Below the pieces are notes generated by a model that had not been told where the DNA came from, did not search any database, and worked only from the letters and a program-made list of their open reading frames with translations. Of a stretch of 64,000 nucleotides of DNA, positions 11,226 to 21,215 are shown one piece after another (position 1 is the first letter of the stretch; each line of letters starts with the position of its first letter). Position numbers and translations under genes: made by a program. Origin of the DNA: Chloroflexota bacterium (lineage in GTDB: Bacteria > Chloroflexota > Dehalococcoidia > Lucifugimonadales > JADFKI01); the NCBI GenBank assembly GCA_027623195.1, contig JAQBUT010000015.1, forward strand, positions 20,062 to 84,061. The letters are read 5' to 3'.

Positions 11226-12585
11226 CTAAGACACCGGCGTGCAGACCGACTGGGTCAGCCCGTTGAAGGGACTCACATTGAAGTCGCCAACTCTCTTTGT
11301 GCCGGCGCCGACATTCGAGAAGGTCTTATCGAGAGATATCCCTGTGATGAAATTTATTCCGCCGACCGTTGTAGTCGTCGGTTTTGGTATGACATTTTTA
11401 AGCAACGAAATTTGCGCGCCGAAGTCCTCAAGTCTCCCGTTGGATATCACTGGAGTTCCGTTTAGGGTGGCCAGGAACTGATTGGTGGCCTTGCACATGT
11501 CGTTGTAGGCGGTAACCACTTCAGCGGAGTTGAGCAGGGCATTCACGTCCGCGATCGAAAAGGCGCCGCTGCATATGTCGGCCCCAAGCTGTTGTGTAAA
11601 GAACGCGTCTAGCTATGGAGGCAAGGGCTGACCGCCCGGCGAGCAGAAGTCAAGCTTGGCGATTGCCTCCGCCGTCAGGGCATCTGCTGTCCCTGTGGGG
11701 TCCGCGAGTTTTCCCGCCAGGGCCGGGGGAAGCGGGACGTTGTTTGAGATGCTCGTGACTAGAGGGGAGTCCAGAGAGATTAGGCCGTTGGGCGACCTCA
11801 GGTCAGGATTGGTAATGCTACCTACCATTCCTTGTAATCGCGCCAAATCAATTTCCCCGGTTGGCCCCATAAGGCCGGTGTTAATCCAGAACTGGTTCAG
11901 GGTGGCGATTAGCGCGTCCTCGTCCGTAATGAGGCGGGTCGCCTGAGTATTGCTGGACTGCGCGAGCCTCTCCGATTGCTTTATCAGGTCCGTGCAAAGA
12001 TCCAATCCAATCGTGGCATCGCCGACGGATCCGACCTTTATTACTGCCGCGCCGTCAATGAAAGCGTCCGCTTGGGCCCCGGTCCCCGCTTTCGCGCCAA
12101 CTCCAGCGTCAGCATGACCTCCCATTACTAATTCCAATGCACCCTCCGCTTCCACTCCGATACTACCCTCAAAGCAAATTACGATGCTTTGGATCTCCTC
12201 ATCCGATGTCACTAGTTTTTCGACACCCGTCTTGACGTTGCCCACCGCCGACTGCACGATGCCGACGTCTGCCCGCACGATGCCGACGTCCGCTTGAACT
12301 GCGGTCAAGTCTGCTTGGACGCCACTGACGTCTGTTTGAACAGCGGTCACGTCGGTCTGAATATTATTTAGGCCAGTCTGCAAATCAATAAGCTGTTGGA
12401 GCATGGCGGCATGCGGGCCACCCCTGTCATCGTCGAGATCTTCTTCGTCACGTTTATCGTCATCTCCCCGCTGCGTCGGCTGGCCAAATGCAGTGTCGAC
12501 TGAAAGAAACAGCGTTGCCGACAAAGCAGCTCCAAGTTAGGAAAGAGACCATTCCAACAATCATTCCCTTTGATAGATATTTCAT
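11226..12585 (-). pseudogene. Disrupted gene for a secreted heptad-repeat (coiled-coil) protein
   Basis: GGAGG RBS and ATG at 12585 begin a signal peptide. A one-base frameshift near 12535-12539 joins the 303-aa ORF. The TAG at 11613-11615 is in frame with ORF 11226-11546. Confidence 0.65.
12254..12360 (-). repeat. Degenerate 21-bp tandem repeat encoding heptads
   Basis: IQTDVTA VQTDVSG VQADLTA VQADVGI VRADVGI; GCACGATGCCGACGTC occurs twice, 21 bp apart. Confidence 0.8.
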
Positions 12586-12990
12586 CTTGCTCGAACCTCC
12601 ATGAAGAAAGTTTTGATAATCGACGGGTGAAATCCAGCATTTCAAGTGTTCCATCCGTCCTATAAAACGGAGTGCACCATATCCCTATAGTGCACCGCTC
12701 CCGTATTTGCGGCGGAAGCCTAGCGCATGACACGTTATGGAGCAAATATAGTCTCCGAAATGGGGAAAGGCCACAAAACCCATTTCTGGATGACGCGTCT
12801 CGATAGGAACGCGTGGCCAGTGCAGCGAAGCATGCTCCTGATGGCAATTCGCCTGGGGAGTTGGCTAGCCGAAGAAAAAAATCAGATGGAGGACTGCTGA
12901 GAGAGTTAAAGTCGGACCGGGGTTGACTGCGATTATGTGGATACAGGCCCCGAGCTTTTCACCATAAACAGGCGAATTCGGGACATTTAA

Positions 12991-13563
12991 CTAGTGTTTG
13001 GGCTCGTTTTTCATCACGCCGATGAAAGGCAGGTTACGATACCTCTCCTCGAAGTCCAGGCCGTAGCCGATGACGAACTTGTCCGGGACCTGGAAGCCGA
13101 CGTACTTCACCGGCACCTCAACAACCCGGCGCGAGGGCTTGTCCAGCAGGGAGCAGACATGCATGCTAGCGGGTTTCTTTAGGCGAAGGTGTTCCAGTAT
13201 CTTCTGTAGCGTTTGCCCCATGTCTACGATGTCTTCTACCACGATGACATCGCGGCCTGCTACCTCCAACTGAATGTCTCTGATGACCTCCAGGTCTGGA
13301 TGACCGTACCCGTGGGGCCGGTGAACCGCCAAAAGGTCTATCTCGGTGTCTAAAGTAAGCTTACGCATTAGATCAGCCAAGAACGGGAGCACACCCTTGA
13401 GCACGCCGATCAGGACAGGCGTTTTGCCTGCGTAATCCAGCGAAATCTCGAGCCCCAACTCGTCAATTCGCTGCTGGATCTGCTGCGCCGTGAAAAGTAT
13501 TTCGCCCACGTCTTTGTGGCCGATGGCCACAGGCGTCTGCTCCTTAGCTAAACTTCGTTCCAA
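12991..13563 (-). CDS. hpt: Hypoxanthine phosphoribosyltransferase family
   Basis: GVLKG, VIVVEDIVDMG, LLDKPSRR, FVIGYGLD...YRNLP. Confidence 0.85.
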   Translation of the reverse strand: MERSLAKEQTPVAIGHKDVGEILFTAQQIQQRIDELGLEISLDYAGKTPVLIGVLKGVLPFLADLMRKLTLDTEIDLLAVHRPHGYGHPDLEVIRDIQLEVAGRDVIVVEDIVDMGQTLQKILEHLRLKKPASMHVCSLLDKPSRRVVEVPVKYVGFQVPDKFVIGYGLDFEERYRNLPFIGVMKNEPKH

Positions 13564-13723
13564 TGCCGCTCCTCCGGACTTTTGTTCACAGTGCTCATAT
13601 TATCACCGTAGGACTCTTTTTGTCCTCATAGTGCGCCGCAAAGGTGGTGGTCGTCCTGTGGTAGCATAACGACATTAGCGCGGCGCTGCCTTTTTAGGCG
13701 CGGAAGTAACGCAGGACGAGGCG

Positions 13724-14017
13724 ATGAACGTAGGCGTGTGCAAAGTCAGGCTCAGAATCCCAGAGAGTCAGAGTCTCAAGGGCAAAAGGGGAGTGATCAA
13801 ATCTCTGAGCCAGCGCATTCGAAACAAGTTCAACGTGTCGGTATCCGAGGTTGACGACAACGAGTCCTGGCAGATGGCAACACTCGGTATTACGTGTGCC
13901 GGCAACAACGCCCGCCACATAGATGAGGTCATGAACAACGTTCTCTCCTACATCGAGAGCAGCCGCGACGACCTGGAAATAGTCGAAACCGATCAGGAGA
14001 ATATCTCTGGGTTTTGA
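13724..14017 (+). CDS. DUF503 (YlxP) family protein
   Basis: SLKGKR...KFNVSVSEV pattern. Confidence 0.9.
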   Translation: MNVGVCKVRLRIPESQSLKGKRGVIKSLSQRIRNKFNVSVSEVDDNESWQMATLGITCAGNNARHIDEVMNNVLSYIESSRDDLEIVETDQENISGF

Positions 14018-14134
14018 GCCCTTAGCCCTTAGCATTTGCCGATAGCGAGACTCTGGATCGGGCAATGCCAAATAGTTAATAAGTGTTGATGGCAAATTGC
14101 TAACTACTCATACCTGAAAGCTGACCGTTGGTTT

Positions 14135-16423
14135 ATGGACGTCTACTCCTTCTTAAAAGAACTACAGATAATGCCCTGGTACGAAGGGCAGATAGTTCAT
14201 CACGAAAGCATCCCGCCCAGAGTGCCGCTGCCAGGCGAGTTGGAAAGACCACTGCCTGCCAAACTGGCCGAGTCCCTGGATTCGCTGGGTATCAACGGAC
14301 TCTACCGGCACCAGACGGCGGCAATCGACGCTCTCCGTCGCGGCGAGAACGTCATCGTGGCAACCCCGGCCGCCAGCGGAAAGAGCCTCTGCTACCACCT
14401 GCCAGTGCTGGAGGCCCTGCTGGCAGACCGCTCCGCCAGAGCCATTTACATCTTCCCCACCAAGGCGTTGGCCCAGGACCAACTCAAGAACATGGACAGG
14501 CTTGTTCCCGAGGGTAGCCGGTTGCGACGCGGCATATTCGATGGTGACACGCCCGTATCCGACAGGACGGAAGTCCGGCGTAATGCCAGGCTGCTCATAA
14601 CAAACCCGGATATGCTGCATCTGGGTATCCTGCCCAATCACCGGTCGTGGTACCAGACCCTGCGCAACCTCCGATACGTGGTTATAGACGAGGCCCACAT
14701 CTATAGAGGGGTGTTCGGCTCCCACGTCGCCAACGTTCTTCGCCGCCTGCGTCGTCTCTGTAGAAGGTTCGGCAGCGATCCGCAATTTGTCCTATGCTCT
14801 GCCACCATCGCCAATCCCAGCGAGCATGCCGAGCGCATCACAGGGCTGCCCTTTACGGTCGTGGAGGACGATGGCTCCCCCTACGGGGGGAAGGACTTCC
14901 TCTTCTGGAACCCGCCCATGGTGGACATAGCCAAAGGCACCCGCCGCAGCACCAACACAGAGTCGGCCCAACTATTCTCCGAGTTGATACGGCGAATGGT
15001 GCGAACGCTGGCCTTTGTTCGTAGCAGGCGCACGGCAGAGCTTTTATACGTCTACGTTCGAGACCAGCTAAGGCTTTCCAACCCGGGCCTGGCCAATCGC
15101 ATCATGCCATATCGCGCCAGCTACCTGCCGGAGGACCGCCGCGCCATAGAACGAGACCTTTTTGAGGGCAAGCTCCTGGGCTTGACTACAACCAACGCCA
15201 TGGAATTGGGAATAGATATCGGGGACCTGGACGCCACGTTGTTGACGGGATATCCCGGCAGCGTGGCCAGCACCTGGCAGCAGGCCGGACGCAGTGGTCG
15301 TCGTGGCGAGAGGTCCCTCAGCGTACTCATTGCTCAGGACAACCCGCTGGACCAGTACCTTATGCGTCACCCAGACGCCTTCTTCGAGAAATCTTACGAG
15401 AGCGCCCGCATCTCGCCTTCGAATCCTTACGTACTTAAGCCGCACCTGCTTTGCGCGGCGTATGAGGCCCCGCTGGTTATGGAAGACACTGAGCTTTTCG
15501 GACCTGATGTGCTCTGGTATGCTGACGAACTGGTGGAGGACGGCTTCCTGCATGTGAAGGACAAGCGCTGGCACCTAACGGCAGAGTTCGAGTACCCGGC
15601 GCAGGACGTAAACATTCGCTCCACGTCCGCCAACACCTACACGCTGGTGGAGAAGGACAGTGGAGTGATTCTGGAAACTGTAGAAGAAATGTCAGCGTTC
15701 ACGCAGCTTCACCCCGGCGGCGTGTACCTGCATCAGGGGGAACAGTACCTCATCACCGACCTGGACCTGGAGTCGGCGACGGCCTACGCGGCACTGACAG
15801 ACGTGCCGTACTACACAGAGGTCCGCGATTATACCGAGACCCGCGTCCTCAAGGTGCTCAAGCAGAAGGCTGCGCGGCGCACCACCGTCTATCTGGGCGA
15901 CGTCAACGTGTCCACCCGCGTCGTGGGCTTCCGACGCAAGGCCCATGTCACGGAAGAGCTGCTCAGCGAGGAGCATATCGATCTGCCATCGCGGAGCTAC
16001 GACACAATAGCAATCTGGTTCGATGTGCCCGGCGATACGCTGGACTACATCCACCGCAATCGTCTGGACCTGATGGGTGGACTGCACGCAGTGGAACATG
16101 CGGCCATAGGAGTGCTGCCCCTGTTCGCCATGTGTGACCGCAACGACATCGGCGGCATCTCCACGCCTCTTCATCCCGACACTGGCAGGCCCCAGGTCTT
16201 CATCCACGATGGCCACCCCGGCGGCGTAGGCATCACGGAGCGTGGCTTCGACATAATCGAGGAGCTATGGCAGGCGACAATGGACGTCATCTCCGAATGC
16301 CCTTGCGAGACCGGTTGCCCAGGCTGCATACAGTCGCCAAAGTGCGGCAACAACAACCAGCCACTGGATAAAGAGGTGGCCCAGATTATCCTGCGCGGCA
16401 TTCTGGGGAGTAACGGCACGTAA
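14135..16423 (+). CDS. DEAH-box helicase with C-terminal DUF1998 Zn domain (MrfA/Hrq1-like)
   Basis: ASGKS, PTKALAQDQ, DEAH, SAT, QQAGRSGR; C-terminal CPCETGCPGCIQSPKC. Confidence 0.92.
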   Translation: MDVYSFLKELQIMPWYEGQIVHHESIPPRVPLPGELERPLPAKLAESLDSLGINGLYRHQTAAIDALRRGENVIVATPAASGKSLCYHLPVLEALLADRSARAIYIFPTKALAQDQLKNMDRLVPEGSRLRRGIFDGDTPVSDRTEVRRNARLLITNPDMLHLGILPNHRSWYQTLRNLRYVVIDEAHIYRGVFGSHVANVLRRLRRLCRRFGSDPQFVLCSATIANPSEHAERITGLPFTVVEDDGSPYGGKDFLFWNPPMVDIAKGTRRSTNTESAQLFSELIRRMVRTLAFVRSRRTAELLYVYVRDQLRLSNPGLANRIMPYRASYLPEDRRAIERDLFEGKLLGLTTTNAMELGIDIGDLDATLLTGYPGSVASTWQQAGRSGRRGERSLSVLIAQDNPLDQYLMRHPDAFFEKSYESARISPSNPYVLKPHLLCAAYEAPLVMEDTELFGPDVLWYADELVEDGFLHVKDKRWHLTAEFEYPAQDVNIRSTSANTYTLVEKDSGVILETVEEMSAFTQLHPGGVYLHQGEQYLITDLDLESATAYAALTDVPYYTEVRDYTETRVLKVLKQKAARRTTVYLGDVNVSTRVVGFRRKAHVTEELLSEEHIDLPSRSYDTIAIWFDVPGDTLDYIHRNRLDLMGGLHAVEHAAIGVLPLFAMCDRNDIGGISTPLHPDTGRPQVFIHDGHPGGVGITERGFDIIEELWQATMDVISECPCETGCPGCIQSPKCGNNNQPLDKEVAQIILRGILGSNGT

Positions 16424-16574
16424 AGGGGGAGCGCCTATCGGAAGGCGACGGATTTTTTACCTCTCAGAACCTTTGCAGCCCGTAACAGCTTCCGCTGCGC
16501 GCAACCTCCCCCTCAACTCGCCCACTATGCTAAAGTTACTCCCATTCATAAAACTCGTCGTAAAAGAGCATGCC

Positions 16575-17843
16575 ATGCGCATCCACTTAACCGGCCTCTG
16601 GCGAGACCCCGACTTCCTGAGGCTTTGGACCGCCCGTACTGTTTCCGAACTCGGTACGCTGATGAGCGCCCTCCAGTTGACCTCAGTTCTTGTGCTTGGG
16701 GCAACGCCTTTTCAGATGGGCATACTAGGGGCGCTTCGCATGGCTCCAGGCGCCGTCGCTGGCTTTCTTGTAGGTCCCTGGGTGGATGCACACCGTAAGC
16801 GCCCCATCATGATTGCCGCCGACCTTGGTCGAGCGGCCCTGTTCGCATCGATTCCGGCCGCATTTTTCATGGGACTGCTTCGAATTGAGCAGATTTACGC
16901 CGTCGCATTCTTGGACAGCGTTCTATCCGTCCTTTTCGACGTGGCGTACCGCTCCTACCTGCCGTCGTTGGTTCACCGGGGAAATCTTTTGGAAGCCAAT
17001 AGCAAGCTCACCGGCAGCGAGTCCTTTGTGGAGGTAACGGCTTTCAGCGTGGGAGGCTGGATCGCTCAAATCTTCAGCGCGATTACCGTAGCAGTTGTTG
17101 ATATCATGACGTTTTTGGCCTCCGCGGTATCCCTTTACCAGATAAAAGTGCCCGAGCCGGAACCCGTCCCTCCAGACGCCCATTCGGACCTGATAAGACA
17201 GCTTTTAAGCGGTCTCGCCTTGGTCTGGCGTGATCCCCTTTTGAGGCCGATAACCCTGGCAACGGCGAGCCAGGGGCTGACATTTGGGATATTCAGCGCC
17301 ATCATGCTGATATTCGGAATCAGGGAACTGGGCATACAGCCTGGATTGCTGGGTACGATCTACGCTTTGGGCGGCGTGAGTTCCTTGTTCGGGTCGGTTT
17401 ACGTGGGTTCACTCAGCAGGCGATTTGGAATCGGCCCTGTAATGGTAGTTGGATTTCTGGTCTTCGCTATCAGCGTTTTCCTTGTGCCGGCCGCCCGAGG
17501 CCCACTTATAGGGGTAATTCTATTTCTTGCCGGGCAGCAGATGGGCGACGGCTTCATGACGATGTACCTCATAAATCAGACTAGCGTGCGTCAGGCCGTT
17601 ACCGCACCGTGGGCCCTGGGAAGGGTTAACTCCATCGTCCGTTCGGTTGAGATGACAGGACTGTTTGTCGGATTCCTCCTGGGCGGCGCGCTGGCCGAAG
17701 AGATAGGCATGCGTACAACGCTGGTGGTCGGGGGAGTTACTGGTCTTGCGGGCGCGGTTGTTCTTGCGTTGTCGCCCGTAATCCGCATGAAGTTCCTTCC
17801 GTCATCTGACAACCCCCACGGGCATGATGTATTATCTCCATAG
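16575..17843 (+). CDS. MFS transporter
   Basis: DFLRLW, GPWVDAHRKRPIMIAADLGR, about 12 hydrophobic segments; start chosen at ATG 16575. Confidence 0.88.
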   Translation: MRIHLTGLWRDPDFLRLWTARTVSELGTLMSALQLTSVLVLGATPFQMGILGALRMAPGAVAGFLVGPWVDAHRKRPIMIAADLGRAALFASIPAAFFMGLLRIEQIYAVAFLDSVLSVLFDVAYRSYLPSLVHRGNLLEANSKLTGSESFVEVTAFSVGGWIAQIFSAITVAVVDIMTFLASAVSLYQIKVPEPEPVPPDAHSDLIRQLLSGLALVWRDPLLRPITLATASQGLTFGIFSAIMLIFGIRELGIQPGLLGTIYALGGVSSLFGSVYVGSLSRRFGIGPVMVVGFLVFAISVFLVPAARGPLIGVILFLAGQQMGDGFMTMYLINQTSVRQAVTAPWALGRVNSIVRSVEMTGLFVGFLLGGALAEEIGMRTTLVVGGVTGLAGAVVLALSPVIRMKFLPSSDNPHGHDVLSP

Positions 17844-17875
17844 CTTAAAAGGCTAAAAAACAGAGGACGTGACAG

Positions 17876-19162
17876 ATGGCAAGACGATTGGTAGGGCATA
17901 TCGTAAACCGCAAAGGCCGGAAGAACGGCGACGAACCGGTTGAGATTCCTGTGGCCAAGGACCTTCAGAAAGACCCTGCCAGCATGAGGCGCGAAGACGA
18001 AATCTCGTTTTACAGTCGTGAATACCCCTTGGAAAGCTTCGCGGTGGCCGAGAGCGCTTCGGCGGAGTGGGCTGCAGGCGTACGGGATGAGTTTTCACCT
18101 GAGACGACTGAGTTATATGAAAAATTCCAGAAAGAGATGGAGCCTGCCGTAGAGTGGGTTCGGCATTCTGGAGAACTGAAACCCACCTGCGAGCCCACGG
18201 GCGAAGACGTGACCGAGGCTCTGACCAACAGGGCGCGTGAGTTGGGCTATGGCGAGGTGGGCTTCACCCGCTTCGACAGGCGCTACCTGTACCAGGTTCG
18301 GCGCAAGGATGTCCGTGCGGATCTTCCCAACGCCATTTGTCTGGCCCTGGAGCAGGACTACTCGGCAACCCAAACCCTGCCAAGCCTGGAAGCTGAGGAG
18401 GCTCAAGGCGAAGCATATAAGCGCCAGGCTCAATTGGCCGAGGAGCTGGTGAAATTCATCAACTCAATAGGTTACAGTGCCCAGGTCTCCGGCCCGACGT
18501 GGCACTTCGGCCCGATGATTCCAATGTTTGTACAGGCTGGCCTTGGGCAGCTAGGCGTCAATGGGCAGCTGTTGTCGCCGCACTTCGGGTCCCGCGCGCG
18601 CTTGCAGATCATTCTCACCGACGCCAAGGTTACCGCTGGCAAGCCCGTAGACTACGGCGTGCACAAGTTCTGCGAAATTTGCCAGGTCTGCTTTATGCGG
18701 TGTCCGGGCCGGGCCATTCAGGGCCAGCGCCTCTGGTACCGAGGAGTCGAGAAGGCCAAGCTTATTTACAAGCGGTGCCGTCCTGTGATGGCGCGATACT
18801 CTGGTTGCGGCGTCTGCATGAAAGTGTGTCCGGTACAGAAGTATGGTATGAAGCCTGTAATGGAACACTACATCGAGACCGGCGAAATTCTGGGCAAAGG
18901 AACGCCGAATCTTGAAGGGTACGAACTGCCAGACAAGGGCTACTTCCGTCCGGGCAAGCTGCCCGTATTCGGAGCGGCGTTCTTCGATATGCCAGTGGGA
19001 CGGACCGAGGACCACATCGTCGAGGAGTACAAAGAAGGTCTTGCTAAGGCTTCTTCTCAGGAGGACCGGGAAAAGGTCTGGGGGAAGTATCGCGAGAGAA
19101 TGGAGAAGTCCCTGGAAAAGCGCAACTCCATCATAGATATGGGCATGGATTTGGCGAATTAG
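17876..19162 (+). CDS. Reductive-dehalogenase/QueG-like protein with two 4Fe-4S motifs
   Basis: AGLGQLGVNG...PHFGSRARL...TD; FCEICQVCFMRCP; CGVCMKVCP. Confidence 0.8.
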   Translation: MARRLVGHIVNRKGRKNGDEPVEIPVAKDLQKDPASMRREDEISFYSREYPLESFAVAESASAEWAAGVRDEFSPETTELYEKFQKEMEPAVEWVRHSGELKPTCEPTGEDVTEALTNRARELGYGEVGFTRFDRRYLYQVRRKDVRADLPNAICLALEQDYSATQTLPSLEAEEAQGEAYKRQAQLAEELVKFINSIGYSAQVSGPTWHFGPMIPMFVQAGLGQLGVNGQLLSPHFGSRARLQIILTDAKVTAGKPVDYGVHKFCEICQVCFMRCPGRAIQGQRLWYRGVEKAKLIYKRCRPVMARYSGCGVCMKVCPVQKYGMKPVMEHYIETGEILGKGTPNLEGYELPDKGYFRPGKLPVFGAAFFDMPVGRTEDHIVEEYKEGLAKASSQEDREKVWGKYRERMEKSLEKRNSIIDMGMDLAN

Positions 19163-19333
19163 GCCAGCCTTGATTTGTGGCAGGCCTAAGTAAGGCTTAC
19201 ATCTTTGCTGTTTCCCCGAGACGTAACAGTAAAAATGACGCTGTCTACCCACACGACACAAGGCTCAGCATCTGCTTGAATAGTGAAGGCCCGCCAAGCA
19301 TTAGCGCTTGAATTATCTGAGGAGCAGATCGCT

Positions 19334-19645
19334 GTGATAGTTGTCATGAATCGCATCCCCGTTAAACCAGAGTTTGCGCAGAGAATCGAAGATGGCTTCG
19401 CCAAGAACGCACCCAGGTTGCCGGAACTGAATGGCTTTCAGGGCTTCAGACTGCTGCGACCGACCAAAGACGAGCAGCCATACATTGTGTTTGTCGCCTG
19501 GGATACCGAGGACGACTACAGGGCTTACATGAATTCCGACCTTTTCAAAGAAAGCCATTCGAATATGGCTGAACTGGCCAATGCATTCAACGGCCCGCCA
19601 TCGTTGGAAATGTACGAAGTGGCGCAAGAGGTAAAGGCCCCTTAA
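19334..19645 (+). CDS. Antibiotic biosynthesis monooxygenase (ABM) family, IsdG/HmoA-like
   Basis: GTG after GGAG; MIVVMNRI...GFQGFRLLRP...W...SDLFKESH. Confidence 0.8.
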   Translation: MIVVMNRIPVKPEFAQRIEDGFAKNAPRLPELNGFQGFRLLRPTKDEQPYIVFVAWDTEDDYRAYMNSDLFKESHSNMAELANAFNGPPSLEMYEVAQEVKAP

Positions 19646-19666
19646 GACGACGCTACGGAGGTAGGT

Positions 19667-20155
19667 ATGAACGCCGAACTTATCGTAATTAGGCTCCTGC
19701 ATATTGTTCCAGGTGTGGTGTGGGCAGGTTCCGCTGTGCTCATGGCCCTGGTTATTGGGCCACGTCTGAAAGGTGCCGGTTCATTGTCGGACCTGGCAGT
19801 GTACGGTGAAATGGCCAGGGGCACAGCCATGGTGATGAACATTACGGGCGCACTCACAATAATTTTTGGGCTTGTTCTAACAATGCGAATGGATGGATTC
19901 TCGCTTCTCTTTTCCACTGGATGGGGCTGGACAATCACATTCGGATTTGTGCTTGCCGTTCTAGGCATGGGCACGTCGGGAGCCTTGATGAGCGCCTCCA
20001 AGCGCCTGACCAACGCTACCTCAGGCTCCAGTGAGAGGTCCATGATGTCCGGGGGAAACCAAAACGCGGCTGATCGAGTGGTCATGATCGCGTACGTGAA
20101 TGCGGTGCTGGTGGTCGTTGCCGTTGGGGCTATGGCAGCAGCCAGGTTTGTTTAG
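19667..20155 (+). CDS. Four-TM membrane protein of unknown function
   Basis: RLLHIVPGVVWAG N-terminus, four hydrophobic segments, GGAG/AGGT RBS. Confidence 0.7.
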   Translation: MNAELIVIRLLHIVPGVVWAGSAVLMALVIGPRLKGAGSLSDLAVYGEMARGTAMVMNITGALTIIFGLVLTMRMDGFSLLFSTGWGWTITFGFVLAVLGMGTSGALMSASKRLTNATSGSSERSMMSGGNQNAADRVVMIAYVNAVLVVVAVGAMAAARFV

Positions 20156-20179
20156 GCGTCAGCCTACGGCGCGAGTCGG

Positions 20180-20884
20180 CTACTCTTTGAAGTGGTAAAC
20201 AGACAGGCTGTAGGACATTTCGTTGCCCTCGATGCTCGACAACACGTCCTGGTAGGATTCCGCGAAGTCTAGCTTCAGAATCTCTCCGAGCATCTCTCGG
20301 CCCGGCGCTCGTATGAAGGTATCCACCTCGAACCGTTCGAAACCGTACTCGCCGTAGAAGTCCGTTCTCTCCTCGACGTATGTGGGTTTGTAAATCTCCG
20401 GATATACCTGGCGAGCCAGTTTGCCGAACTGGCCACGGTCCGGGTTGGTGTCGATTACAAAGAAGTGTCCATCAGGCTTCAGGATGCGCTGAATCTCTCT
20501 CAGACCTGGCAGGCAGTCCTCAGTGCCAAAGAAGTACGCGAATCGGGCATACGCTACATCTATGGAGTCGGAGGGCAGGGTGATCTCCTCCGCAGAAGCT
20601 GCCATTACACTGACATTGCCTACGTCGTTCCTGGCAAGCCGCAGGTAAATCTGCCTAAGCATTCGTGGATCGGGTTCGGCGGCGAACACGCGGAACGCCT
20701 TATTGGAGTACCGCACAGCTTGGAAGCCAGAGCCTGCGCCAACGTCCAGCACCATCTTGCCGTCGATAGGCGCGATGTCCCACATTAGCTTTTCCAGCAG
20801 GTAGTCCGGGTCCGAGCACTCGTTCCAATACTCGTAGGCGGTTGGATTGGTTGCGCCGGTATAAGGGTAAAATTGCTCAGGCAT
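20180..20884 (-). CDS. Class I SAM-dependent methyltransferase
   Basis: VLDVGAGSG and RILKPDG motifs. Confidence 0.88.
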   Translation of the reverse strand: MPEQFYPYTGATNPTAYEYWNECSDPDYLLEKLMWDIAPIDGKMVLDVGAGSGFQAVRYSNKAFRVFAAEPDPRMLRQIYLRLARNDVGNVSVMAASAEEITLPSDSIDVAYARFAYFFGTEDCLPGLREIQRILKPDGHFFVIDTNPDRGQFGKLARQVYPEIYKPTYVEERTDFYGEYGFERFEVDTFIRAPGREMLGEILKLDFAESYQDVLSSIEGNEMSYSLSVYHFKE

Positions 20885-21084
20885 AACAATCTAAGTTTAC
20901 AGGTCGGCCGACGAATTCGCCATTTCAATTTGCACCTGTTTGCTTGTCGCTTTGGGGCTTGTAAGGGTTGGGACTTCTACGGCCAATTATCGACTTGGCC
21001 TCGATGGGGGTGTTACACGTTCGGTGTGTTATTTTGCGGCCCCATTTACCGACTGAAGCTATTTTCCGTGCTTATATGCGCATA

Positions 21085-21113
21085 TTGACACACTGATGAA
21101 GCTGTGATAAATT
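21085..21113 (+). promoter_or_regulatory. Sigma70-type promoter
   Basis: TTGACA-N17-TAAATT with an extended -10 TG, upstream of the Rdx gene. Confidence 0.65.
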
Positions 21114-21215
21114 CGAGTTCAACTAGCATAACAGTGGCATAATCTCTTCTTTATGGAGAGATTAACCAGCGAATATATTTATTTGCCGGGCCGCTGAATT
21201 TTAAGGAGGATATGC

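Noticed and set aside
11613..11615. Pyrrolysine readthrough of the in-frame TAG
   Set aside because: The gene also has a frameshift, is not a methylamine methyltransferase, and no pyl genes are in view; decay or error is simpler
14135..16423. DUF1998 helicase as part of a DISARM/Druantia-type defence system
   Set aside because: No partner defence genes adjacent; the single-gene architecture fits an MrfA/Hrq1-like repair helicase
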